The notes under the pieces were generated by a model, which saw nothing but the letters and a program-made list of their open reading frames with translations, made no database searches and was not told the origin of the DNA. 64,000 nucleotides of DNA, taken from Neoconidiobolus thromboides FSU 785 (taxonomy: Eukaryota; Fungi; Entomophthoromycota). Each line of letters begins with the position of its first letter. Within the stretch, counting starts at the first letter, position 1. Below, piece after piece: positions 13,901 to 26,094 of the stretch. The DNA is taken from assembly GCA_025603075.1 (NCBI GenBank), contig MU626278.1, forward strand, positions 62,001 through 126,000, in the 5' to 3' direction. Position numbers and translations under genes: made by a program.

Positions 13901-15845
13901 TATATTACTTAATAATGCTCTTTTAACTGAAGAATCTGAATCAATTAATAAAGTAATGACTAAATCTAATAATGGATTATGTAAATCTAATAAATTGATA
14001 TCTAAACTTGTTTTATTTTCCATACTTTTTCCTAATTGATAAAAATGAATAGCAATTTCAGCTAAACTGGCCATATTTTTTGCTAATGAATATCTCACTA
14101 TTATTTCTTTATCCTGTGTTAATTTTTTTAATGGATTAAATAAATATTCTGTAAATAACAAGGTATTAATCGGTGTTATTTTATGGACTGTTAGTAACAA
14201 GTTAGTCATCGTTTGAATGGCGTGACTTCTTATGATGCTATCTTTATCATATAATAAAGAGACTAAATATGGTAACAATCGATCCAATTTCATTTCATCA
14301 TTTAAATGTCGTCCAATACTAAACATCATATCAATAGCTAATCTTTTTTTACTACTATAAACACAATTTTTGACTGAACTAGTTAATACACTTAATAATA
14401 ATAAAGCTCCTTCTTCTATTTTAATATGTATAAATATTAATATCGAATACTAATTATTTATATTATGATTTAATAATTACCTCTTTTTAAATTAACTTCT
14501 GGATTATCAATATCATTACTAAAATCAAATATTGCTGATATTTGATTATAATCTGAATACAATTTAAATATTCTAAAATCTGTTTGTAATTCAATATTAT
14601 CCAATTCATGATTAGGATAAGGATCTACAATGGAACATAAATAAGGATGTAAAAAATCATAAAAATAACTTGGAAATGCTTTATCTTTCCTAAAATTAAA
14701 TCATTAATAAATATTAATTAATAAACATTAACAATGATATTAAATAATAACTTACCAAATAATTAAATATTCTCTAGCTGATAATCTTTTTTCTGGTTCT
14801 AATTGAATCATACTTTCTACCATGTTACGAATTTCTGGACATTCAATTTGATTAATAGTATGACTTGGATCATAATCACCTCTTTTATATGACAATAATT
14901 GTGATAACAAAAACAAAGGTGTAGATTCCGTAAACAACTCAGCAATAACACAACCTAAGGAAAAGATATCCATTTCACTGGTCAATTTGTTACTTGTAAT
15001 TTTATTATTGGGTTTATAAAATCTTTCAGGGGCAATAGAACAACTTCGCTTGCCCAATGGATCAAAAAAGAATAAAAAATCACTTGGATTATCTAATGGT
15101 AAATAAACAGGTTTAAAAGGTGCAAAATCACTTAAAAAGGCAAAGTTCCAGGAAGTTAATAAGATGTTTTCAATTTTTATGTCGCCGTGATATACCTAGA
15201 AAAAGTCATTTTAGTACTTTATGTTTTTATTATTTTTAATATCACTTACTTCTCTTTCATGAGCTTCAGATAAACCTTTTAATAAATGGAACGTTATCAA
15301 TTTTTTTTCTATTAAATTTAAGAATGGCCTTGTACTAAAAAATGACTCTCAATTATAATTTTGTAATATAATACAATATTGTTACCTAATCCTATCATAT
15401 AGCGAATAATAAAAATATTGTCTAACTACATAAACAGCTTTAAAAGTTTCTAATTGCCATTGATAAGGAAATACATTGTTAATATTTTTTAACTTATCAT
15501 ATTGTTCTAAATAGATAAAAACCAACATTAATTCCTCCTAATCCCAATAATTCCTTAAATTAACTTTTACCTTTTAACTCAATCACATGCTTTTGAAACT
15601 GATATTTATCATCTGTCGGCTTTACCATAATTTTAATAACTACTGCTCCATTCTTACTTCCACCCTTTACAGTTTTAATAAAACGGGCATTGCCTAAACT
15701 AGGTTGAATTTCAACAATTGATTTTTAAACTATCAAATTTAAAAATTTACCTTTTTTTATAACTCAAACCTTCTAGTTCTTCAATATAAGTATCAATACC
15801 GGCTGCATTTGTGGTTGGTATTCGTCCGCTTAAATTATTGCCCAT
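10931..15845 (-). CDS. VPS15: PI3-kinase regulatory Ser/Thr kinase VPS15 (kinase + HEAT + WD40), multi-intron
   Basis: MGNNLS N-terminus (G2 myristoylation). Kinase motifs HGDIKIENILLTSWNFAFLSDFAPFKP and APERF...DIFSLGCVIAELF. HEAT exon (LPYLVSLLYDKDSIIR, LITYLNDKDWLLRCSFF-like). C-terminal WD40 exons. Confidence 0.96.
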
Positions 15846-16614
15846 AATGGATTGGGAAGTGAAATTAGTTACTTTTTTTTAGTTTTATTTTGTTGGATTG
15901 TTTTTGTATAAAAAAGCAGTCGCATCAAGCATTTTTTAAACTTTGTGGCAAATTGAAATTTGCATTTTTATGTTGAAATTTAAGGTTTAGAATTTTAGAT
16001 TTAATTAAAATTCAAAATATTGCGATATTTTAAGAAAAACCTTAAAAAGGGCGTTTTCTGATTATAGTTTTATTGCAATATTTGTGTAATTTTCTTGTTA
16101 TTATAATTTGATTATTACCTAATCTTAATTCATGTTTAAAGCAAATCGTATATAATTAGATTATTTCAATATTACTATTAATTAATAACTTGGAAACAAG
16201 CAGAATACCTAATAAAAAAATTTCAAAATAGCTTGGAAAAAAAGTGGAAAATTCGTGCATAACATAATGTGATAAATAAAAGAGATTTAGTAAAAAAATA
16301 CAGTTTTAAGTATTATTTTATAACATAAAAGGTAGTAATAAGCTTATTAGCTTATTTAAGTTGGTTGTATTTGTTTATAATTTGATCAGCTATTATTTTT
16401 ATTTATATTATAAACATTTTGTTATTACTATATTTTTAAAAACAAAAGTATTATAATTTATAATTTTCTGAGTTTATATTTTTTTTAAATCAATAACAAT
16501 AAAAAAGTTATTTAATATAGCTCCAAATAAGCTATTTAATGATATTTTTAGTTTATTTAAATTTATTTGAAATATATTAATATTAAAAAAAGCAAAAAAA
16601 GTGTTATTGTTTAC

Positions 16615-16662
16615 AAAATAAAGTAAAAGTAAAAATAAAAGTAAAAGTAAAAGTAAAAATAT
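16615..16662. repeat. (AAAGTA)n hexamer microsatellite
   Basis: aagtaaaagtaaaaataaaagtaaaagtaaaagtaaaaat read directly. Confidence 0.85.
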
Positions 16663-16945
16663 AGCTATAATGATTTTAAAAGTAATTGAAAAAGTATTAA
16701 AAAGATTATTAAATAATAATAAGTAAAAAAGTTGTAAAATATATATACACTTATAATTATGCCAGCTAATCACTTATTAAGCTTTTTTATTAAATTTATT
16801 TGTAATTATTTATAATATTAATAAACATGTTGAAGCTGTTAATAATAATTAAATTAACCTTACTTTCATAAGTACTTAATTTAGATAACTTTAATCACAA
16901 ATATAATTATGGGTCTATATATAAGTAAAAAAAGCTTATTAGTAT

Positions 16946-17407
16946 TGTGAAATATCGCTTTGTCAGCTCTATGGTTAATTATAACATAGTAACCATTTAA
17001 GTTCTTGTGTTCTTGAGTTCAGGAACAATCAATCCTACGCTCTTAGTTCGATTTGCTATAAGAATTTCTAGCTTCATCCCAAAGAATGTTATCTTCTTGC
17101 TTTGATACTTGCACTTGTTAGAGTATAAAAGATTTTAGAACATAGTAATTCGAAGCTTTTTAACTGAATTATTCCCCGATATTTTGCACATTTAATAAAG
17201 CCACTAAATTTTCTTAATAGTATTTTACATAGGTTTTACAGTAGTATTGTCTATTACGTTTGTCTTACATAGTCCGTAGTCTATTATGTGCTATTGCTCA
17301 TAATTCAAGTCTATCTTAGTCACATAGAATAAGACCTTTCGATCTATAATATAGTCAACTAGGCAACAACTGTTATTGACTCCAATAACTGAGTACCAGA
17401 TTTCATA
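16946..17407 (-). mobile_element. ~460 bp solo-LTR-like repeat, copy 2
   Basis: Reverse complement starts TATGAAATCTGGTACTCAG and ends GCGATATTTCACA. Flanks ATGC/ATAC on the minus strand (near 4-bp TSD). Confidence 0.75.
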
Positions 17408-17492
17408 GCATTTAAAAGAATTATATTTTACAATAAAATTTCTTAAAAATATAAGCTATAATAAATTTACGCTCATATTTAAATTTTATATT

Positions 17493-17588
17493 GAGGATGC
17501 ATTTTTTTGTTTGAGAATTTTACTAACAATCTTACCCACTCAAATAGCGCTTAAAAAATGGAAAAAGTGAAGTCAAAAAAACACCCTC
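17493..17588 (+). mobile_element. ~100 bp MITE, copy C
   Basis: GAGGATGCATTTT...AAAACACCCTC. Flanks TATT/ATTT are not identical. Confidence 0.85.
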
Positions 17589-17772
17589 ATTTTTAAAGTA
17601 TCATGTAGTAAAAAAAAGCAAAAATTCATTATTAAATTTGAAAATATTTAATATAATATTAATTAAAGCTACTATATTTAAAAATAAAATGTTTAATTTA
17701 AAAAAAGTAGTTAAAAGATAATATAAATATTAATAATAGCAGATATAATAATATTATTTTATTTTATAATAC

Positions 17773-17871
17773 GGGAGTGTTTTTTTTGACTTCATTATTT
17801 TTTCCACTTTTTAAGCACTATTTAAGTAGAAAGATTATTAATAAAATTCTTAAACACAAAAATACATCCCC
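17773..17871 (-). mobile_element. ~100 bp MITE, copy D
   Basis: GGGAGTGTTTT...AATACATCCCC with flanks ATAC/ATAT. Confidence 0.85.
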
Positions 17872-17914
17872 ATATAATAAAAATTAATATATTCCAAAAG
17901 CTAATATTTAATAA

Positions 17915-18180
17915 TTAAAGCCAAAAGCAGTTTTTGCTTAATTAATTAGCTATAAGCTAAAGGGTCTTATTTTGTAATTAAAATAAACTTAAATTATGAA
18001 AAATAGTATATAATAAGTTATAGACTATATAAAATAGGTAAAATAGAAGATGTTATCGTAAAATTTATGTAAAATGTTATCGAAAAAAACTTGATAGCTT
18101 TAATAAAAGTATAGCATTAAGAAATAATTTAATTAAAAAAGCTTTAATCTATTATGTTGAAGAATTTTTTTGTATTCCAA
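17915..18180 (+). mobile_element. Decayed, AT-shifted partial copy of the 460 bp solo-LTR-like repeat
   Basis: aaaagcagtttttgc...gggtcttattttgtaattaaaataaacttaaattatgaaaatagtatataataagttatagactat...ctattatgttgaagaattt aligns collinearly with the interior of copy 3. Ends are approximate. Confidence 0.65.
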
Positions 18181-18282
18181 CTAGGTGACTATATATAAAA
18201 AGCATAATAGCAGCTATTTTTTATTATAGTTACTAAGTAGAGATATCAAAAAGAAGAGATAATATCTTTTGTAATTAAATAG

Positions 18283-18742
18283 TGCGAGATCTGGTACTCA
18301 GCGGTTGGAGTCGAAAGTAGTTTTTTCTTGATTAAATAATCATAAGTCTAAAGGTCTTAGTTTATGTAACTAAGATAGACTTGAATTATGAACAATAGTA
18401 TATAATAGGTTATAGAACTATGTAAAACAAATAGAATAGACAATACTACTGTAAAATCTATGTAAAATTCTATTAAAAGATTTAGTGGCTTTATTAAAGG
18501 TACAATATCGGGGAACAATTCAATTAAAAAGCCTTGGGTTATTATGTTGAAGAATCTCTTTTACACTCTGGCAAGTATGGGCATCAAAACGAGAGGATAA
18601 TATTCTTTGCAATGTAAAGTTAGATATTCTCACAGCAAATCAAACTAAGAGCATGGGATTAATTGTCTCTGAACTCAAGAACACGACTTAAGTGATTATT
18701 ATGCTATAATCAATCATGGAGCTGACAAATCGATATTTTACA
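18283..18742 (+). mobile_element. ~460 bp solo-LTR-like repeat, copy 3
   Basis: TGCGAGATCTGG...GATATTTTACA with flanks ATAG/ATAT. Confidence 0.75.
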
Positions 18743-19528
18743 ATATTAATTTAAAATTATTAATAAGTTAATTTCAAGTTATAGATGTATTTGTGTCTAC
18801 CTCCCTTTTTATTCATTAAAATTTAATTTAGTTAAACAGTTCTAGTCTGCTATTATAAGTAAATTAAAAAATCAACTTTTATAAGCTGGAGGCACTTACT
18901 ACTCAAACTATCAAGACTTGTAATCGTCTACATAAGTGATTTACAATGATTTTACCACTATTCTACCTTAAAAGTTGATAACTGTTTTTATGAACTAGGG
19001 ATTTAATTTTTATAGTAAAAAACATTATAAAATAAGTAAAATAAAAAATTAGCACTGGCTGCTAATTAAAAATAATTTATTGAGTTAACATTCTTAATCT
19101 GTGTGCTAATTTTTTTAAGTCAATAAAATATAAAGTGTGTTGAAACTAAACTTGGTTTCTAAGATTATGTCAAAGTTTTCCGAATATGGTGTATTAAAAC
19201 GAACTCCAAATAATTTTTACGCTATAGTAAAATGTCAAGCGTGAACAATTTATTACTCGTGAAATCTACGGGAAAAGAGTTAAACTTAATTTATCAATTT
19301 ATTCAGTATGCAAAGATGATCCCAGCCTGAAGGGAGGCACAGCGTGCATTTATATATGTTATATAAATCAAGGGATTCTATTGGACAATACCCATAGCAG
19401 AACTACGACATTGCACACTGCACTGCCTCTGCTTTACTTTTGTTTTATACAAAGGAATATTTTTTATAAATTGAAAACATTGCATGTTTAACATATGATA
19501 TATGACAAAGTATTTCAAAATTTCATCT

Positions 19529-19626
19529 GGGGGTGTTTTTTTAACTTGATTATTTTTTCCATTTTTTAAGCGCTATTTGAGTGGAAAATTTGTTAGTAAA
19601 ATTCTTAAACATAAAAATACATCCCC
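19529..19626 (-). mobile_element. ~100 bp MITE, copy E
   Basis: GGGGGTGTTTT...AATACATCCCC with a perfect ATCT/ATCT TSD. Confidence 0.9.
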
Positions 19627-21065
19627 ATCTAATTGTTTAATCTTTCTACTGTTAATGTCTACTTTAAATTTTTAAAAGATCCTAACCATGAAGTATATAG
19701 CTTAGTTAGCATGAATCAATATTGTAAATCTAAAAAGACTTATATTAACTATGTGAGTTACAGATATTATTTAATAATATCAGAGCAAGCTTTATTGATT
19801 CTAGTATATTCACAAGTTTGAGATTTATTTGCCATTGACAGTGAATTTGAAATTAATATAGTGGAATTTATATCTACTAGAGTCATGGACTCATTGATTA
19901 TATTGCTCACCAACGCTAATAAGGTACATGCAGCGATGATTAGTAGTCACATCTAAAGTATTGAAAGGAACCAGGAAATTTATTTACTCAAATTTTTTGA
20001 CCCATTGTAGGATTGTTAGGTTCAGGTTATATCGTTGAGAATTGATGGACCTTTATGCCGTTCATTTAACTAAAACCAACCCTCCTTTCATTTTACCATA
20101 AAGTATGTTGAATCATGATGCTAAGAGTTTGGATTCTTTGTGCTGCTTTGATACCGATGGAGGGATGAAAAGTAAGGTAAAACCAAACAGAAATCGTCAA
20201 CTCAAGGGTCAATACATGTTCAATGCATAGTAGTAGAATTTTATATTTTACTTCTTAGCTCGCTACTTAGTGAAAAATCTATACAGCTTTTTACGTGTTG
20301 TTCCTGTAGAATAGCCTTGTTCTTCTGTAAAACAATGATGTATTACAATGATGATCTGGTAGAGAGTCTAGTGTTTGAGTTCAAAGACCCAAACAACCCA
20401 AAGAAGGAAAAGATAAAACGGTTTTCTGGTTAGCTGTGATCCTAAATTAGCCCTTTACGACTCAAGATTCATTTTTGGTCAAATACATAGTGGTGGAAGT
20501 ATAGAATCCCAATAGCAGCCCATTTTCCTGTATTCAAGTGTACTTAACTTTTATACCCAACAATGTCCCTATTTTTATTGAAATATGTATATGATGAACT
20601 TATGAAATAACTTGATAAATTAACAACAATAACATGGTCAAAAAAGCGGTTTTAAGGTTAGAGTTAACTCAAGTATATTGTAATATTAAAATTATTTATA
20701 TAAAATTATAAAGTTTGAAGATAAACAAAAGTTAATTATCAGATTTCTTGAACATTTTTTTATTCAATTAAATAAGGTAAGATCACATACTAACAAAGAT
20801 CAAAATTGAAAAACAGCGTAGTCCAAATTCTAACAGTATATAGCGACGCTCTAATTACTTTAAGATACTAACAATTAATTAAAAACATTATAGCTATTGA
20901 ATCATTCAGATTATAATTAAGTATTTTTGATATTTTATCACAAAGCTTACCTCTAGTACAGTTGATCAAAAAATCAAAAATACAGTATAGAAGATAAAAT
21001 AATGAAATACTAACAAAGTCAAATATAAAACAAAAATATAATAATATCATAAAAAGATTAATTTG

Positions 21066-22295
21066 CTAAAAAATGCCATCATCCTCTTCATCTTCATTAT
21101 CTCCATCATGACCCATTTCTTCATTAAATTCTATGCCATCCAAATATTCTCCAGGGATTTCTAAATCCCTATCATTATCATCGTGGTAAAAGCGTTCGAT
21201 TCTCTAAAATATCAAAGATAAATTCATCAACTCATTAAAAAAAACTTACTGTTGAATCAAATAAAATATTCAGTAGCTCTTTAATAACGAAATCATCATA
21301 AGACCCTGGATCATCCTTTACTAACTTTTCAATAAAATTTTCCACCTTCGTAAGGCGTGAAAAATAATATTCTCTTTCACAGATTAGATTATTGTTGACT
21401 ACCGTCAGATTTAAAGCTTTATCTGTAAGAGCTGCTATCTCCTTATGTAAGGCTATTATTCGTTGGTCAGCATTAGAGTAATTATCCATCCCTGAGCTGT
21501 TCTGTGAGTCTCTTGAGCGGACCTCAGTTCTTGGTTTACTTCTTGGATTTTGTGCAACACTACTATGTATTGCACTGCTTTGTGTTAAATTACTTTGTTT
21601 AGGTGGACCTTAATGATAATGATAATGATTAATAAATTCAAATTAACCCAATTTTACTTACTGAATACTTTTCTAGGCGTAGTTTGAAGTGAGACTCTAT
21701 TTGTTGATTTTACTGGTGTTTTAATAGGCGTGCTATTTTGACCAGAGGGAGTTGGTGCTCCGCTTCTTCTTTTAACTTGTGCTTGTGCTGGAGCTTCATA
21801 AGTTTCTGGACTTTCACAGTTTTGTTGCCAGAATTTTTTAAGCCATTGAACAAATTCTAGATTATCCTGCATTTTTAGTTTAACTAACCGATCCACTGGA
21901 ATCATCTAAATGAAGAGACAATGAGTTTAAATATTTGTTTTGAGATGTATTTTTGATTACTTTATCAATTTTATGTTTGGTAAAACAATTTTGTAAAATT
22001 TTAAAGTTTGTGATATATTCGTGCTCCCCCTTACACTCAAATTTTACCTTAGATAAAGGAATGTCGCCTGTTTAATTGAATTACTCTTTTACTTCTTAAA
22101 TCTTCAAAAATAAATTTACCATAAATAGAGTCCATAATCACACAATAAGCAGCACCTAAAGTGAAAAGTTCATGCATTAAATTATTATTTAATTATTGTT
22201 TTGATAGTACCAGTTCCACATTGCTCAATCTTTGAATAATTTAGTTGGCATATAGTATTCACCCATCGTAATAGGTCCATTCGGCTTTCACTCAT
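21066..22295 (-). CDS. BIM1: Microtubule plus-end binding protein EB1/Bim1/Mal3
   Basis: [67 protein letters not shown] (EBH domain), acidic tail ending DGIF. Confidence 0.96.
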
Positions 22296-22720
22296 TTTTT
22301 TAAGTTTTCATAAAAAATTAAATGTTAAAATCATAGATTTTAACTAATAAATGATGTGGTTGAAAATCTTTTTTTATTGGTGGGGAAAGTTAACTGAATT
22401 TGAGTTACTGTAGTTGAAAAAACGGAAAAAATAAAATCAAAAAATTAAACATTAATATTAATAACCTTCTTTACATTGTTATAAAAGTTTTTGATTTGTA
22501 ACAAAAAGGAGTTTTTTTAAAATTAATAGTTTAATTCAAGATAGTCATTCAAAGGCCAATGTCAATAATTTAGCATATTTGAAGTTTAATTTGAAAAATC
22601 AAAAAAGAATAAAATGTAAAAATTATAAATTAAAAGCTTTACACAGTATATTTAAATAGAAATATATGAAAGATATTCGGTTGAGTTTCTTATCTCACAA
22701 ATAAAAGGAAACTATTTAAC

Positions 22721-24558
22721 TTAGTATTTACCTTTAGGTAAATTACGGTAGCGTAATGATGAGGGGTTAGGGGCAAGTAAATTTTCATCAGCTCCAAATC
22801 CCTCCTCTCCTTCGATTTCTGGATATTCCTCAATTAATGTATTTGAACGCTGATCATAATCTAAACCTTGGGCTCTATGTGAAGATAAACTTGTTCCTTG
22901 ATTTCGATTGGAACTAGTAGGGTGTCCTTGTTCTTGACCATAGTTTCCATCTTTTTCTTCATCCTTAACGGCTCCAAAATAACTAGAGTATAAATTCTCG
23001 GCTGCTTCTCTAGCTAACTCAAGCTCTTCTGGGATCTCAACATTTTCCTAATATCGTTTAATTGTTTCTTTGTTATTTATTTGAGTCTACTTACCTGGTG
23101 GGTAGAAGCTTCTTGTTTAATTGTTGGTTTTCCTTCTTTTTCATTATCCTTGAACGTTTTTGGTGAATACGTTTGATTTTGAGAAAGACGTTCCCAATCT
23201 TCTTCTTCGGTATTGTTACTACTTAATTCAATTGGTGAAGCAGCTCTCAAGTTAGTTGGCGGCTTTGTAGGAACTGGAGTATAGTTTGTTCTTGACGATC
23301 CTGGTCTAGCAACCTCGGATTCAATAGATGCAGTAGTATTATTTGGGTTTGATGAGCTAAAAAACTTCTTGAAGCCATACAAAGCAATTTGCCAACTAAT
23401 CAATGCAAATAAAATTTCTCCGAAGAAAAATAAGGATGTAAAAATCATCGCAGCAGTTGTTGGCCAGTGGTACATTATATATTTGATCCCACTAAGTTTA
23501 ATATCTACTTTAAGCCAAGATTTATAAATCTGTAACTTTGGATTTGAAATACTCAAAAATATCTTTGTCACGATATCATCCTAACGATAAAAGTTATATG
23601 AAGTAAAATTATGTAAATATAAAAATACATAGTCATCCCAAAATTGTTCTGCTAGTACAATAGATATTGTTTGTTTTTGAGTAGCCCAGTCCACAATAAG
23701 TGGTAGACTATAGAAAAACGTCTTAAGTTTTCGTAATAATTCAGATCGATATTTTAATATTGCCTAGATTTTAATTAAAAGTCCTCTAAAGTTTTAATGA
23801 ACTTACTGGTCTTTCAATTTCCAATATAATATCTCTTTCTTTATTTTGAAGTTCTAATCGAACCATAAAATTCCCTACAATTGAAAATAAATATTGCGAT
23901 ATAAAATGAAATAAATGTGCTATTTTACTCACCCAATTCAAAATTTGCTTCAGATTCAGGAACTTCAAGGTTCAATGTTAAATCATAAGCTTGACCGTAA
24001 TGAAAGATCTATTTTTTTATAAGCTCAAATGTTAATTCAAAATTATCTTACCTTTGGCTTATTGTTCTCAGCAGCAGATATTTCAACAGCAGGAGCGGTT
24101 ACTCTACAAGGAGTTACATTTAGTAATGATAGCATAGAAGGAGAACAAGCACTGCAGTTATTGAGTTGTTTGAATTATGTATATAATAATAAAATAAACG
24201 AATTCCAAAAAAATATATTTGCTTACCCAAAATTAAAATAAACCGGAATATTGGTTGAAAGCTTTGGTATAATTAAAGCGTAAAAGCTTAAATAAGCAGT
24301 CCAAGCAGAGGCATACAAACAGATAGTTAAAGTTAAAAATAGAGTTAATCGCACTAAGTTTTTCCAAGTGGTTGGGCTTTTAATTACTGTTTCGATGGTT
24401 GTATACAAAAGGCTAATAAAGTCAACAAAACGTTTAGCTAATGGAAAATACTCCAGTAATGTATTGGATGAAGGTTCATTCACCCTTGTAGGTGGTCTAG
24501 TTTGGGATTTTCTTCTTCTGCCATGAAGTTTCATTGTATTTCTATCACGTAATGTCAT
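22721..24558 (-). CDS. SEI1: Seipin (lipid droplet biogenesis, BSCL2/FLD1 family)
   Basis: N-terminal TM followed by IPKLSTNIPVYFNFG, VPESEANF...GNFMVRLEL, and SGIKYIMYHWPTTAAMIFTS (second TM). Long acidic C-terminal tail. Confidence 0.9.
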
Positions 24559-26094
24559 CGTATTTTGTACTAACCTTGGTGAATAAGGTTTACAATTTAT
24601 AAAAGTAATTCGGCTTTTAATTTCAATTATTATTCTTTATTTTTTTCATGCAATTGAAGCAAAATTTGCAGCGTTTAGAGTTCTCAGTTTTTTTGTGCTA
24701 ACTGTACCATTTATTCAGCAGTCACACATTTTTTTATAATTTGATAGGTTGTCTCTTTCACATCAACTGTCAATGTTGTCAAGGAAAACATTATGTTTTA
24801 GCTTAAAAAGAACTAAAATAATATGAAAAACCTTAAGTATTTATAATTATTCAAAACTTCAATATTAAACAATTACTTTTTTTAAAATGATGTAATATAA
24901 TAATTTAAATAGCAACTTTCATATCAAAACATCTAGATAAATGTGTTTAATAACAAATTAAATATTTTATATCAAAATATACTTATTCACCTGAGATTGA
25001 GTCTCAGGTAGTATAACGATGAGTATCCCTACTTGAAAGTATATTATGAGAGTTTTAATACATAAAAAGTAGGCAGTTTTTTTGTTTACCAAATTTTAAG
25101 CTATCCTAAGAGAGCTTCAACTAAACAGATTAATTTGGTCCCTTTTTAAGGCCAATTTGGTTAGTTGTAATTAGTTGTATAGCAAAACTCTGACAAATTG
25201 TTGTTAGGAAACATCAATACATATTTTTGAGTATAATTGGTATAATGTTTTTTGACTAACATTTCACTCTATATAAACAAATTGAAGTTAGATATCTTTG
25301 TTTTAAATTTGTGCTCTAGATTCTTAGTATAAATCTGAGAATATAATAAAGTTATCATCCTTACATTCATGCTAGAATAATTTAATTAGAAGTGAAAAAC
25401 AATAAAAGACATTTGATTCCAAGCCACTCTAACTATAAATTTAGATGATGTTTATAGTTTTAATAAGAGTGTCTTAAAGCTCCATTAGGTATTATTTTTT
25501 AAGCTACTAATGTTGTTTTCAAAACAATCATTCTCAAATGTCTCTTCCCAATATTTTCTAAATTTGTAGCTTATTTTATAAAAAATTTATTTCACTTCAC
25601 TATGTTAATGGGACTTTACACATAGCAAGGCATCCTAAATAGAACTAATAAACACATATAGCCCATAATAATGGATTTACCTATGTATTGAATATTAGTA
25701 ATAGTAAAAAAAAGAGGTATAAAATACCCGGTTTTAAAATATTTAATTTGCTAGCATTTACTTAAATTGCCCATGCTTAGTTTATACTAAAATAAGACTT
25801 AAAATTTTAGGGAGAGTAAATAAAGTGGCTATTAATTCTGAAACTGAATGCTTTTGATTGGTCTGATCCAAATTAAATTTCACTTGAGGCTAAACACCCA
25901 ATTAGACTAAGTGAGTATATTGAATTTTATTAGCATATTCAATAATTATTAGTTAATTATAAGTTTCTAGTTTATTAATAACCTTGAGTACATTAAACTC
26001 CTTAATATTTCGGTAAGATTATTTGTATTAGATTAATCTCTTGATTTAAGATTTTTAATAGTTTCTATTTCTTAGCATAATTATATAATACCAA

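Noticed and set aside
16474-16773. 99-aa hydrophobic ORF
   Set aside because: An artefact of the (AAAGTA)n microsatellite and extreme AT content; it starts at a non-ATG codon.
3093-18742. Classical CpA-specific RIP
   Set aside because: CpG-context and transversion differences are also present. Kept only as a general transition-bias observation.
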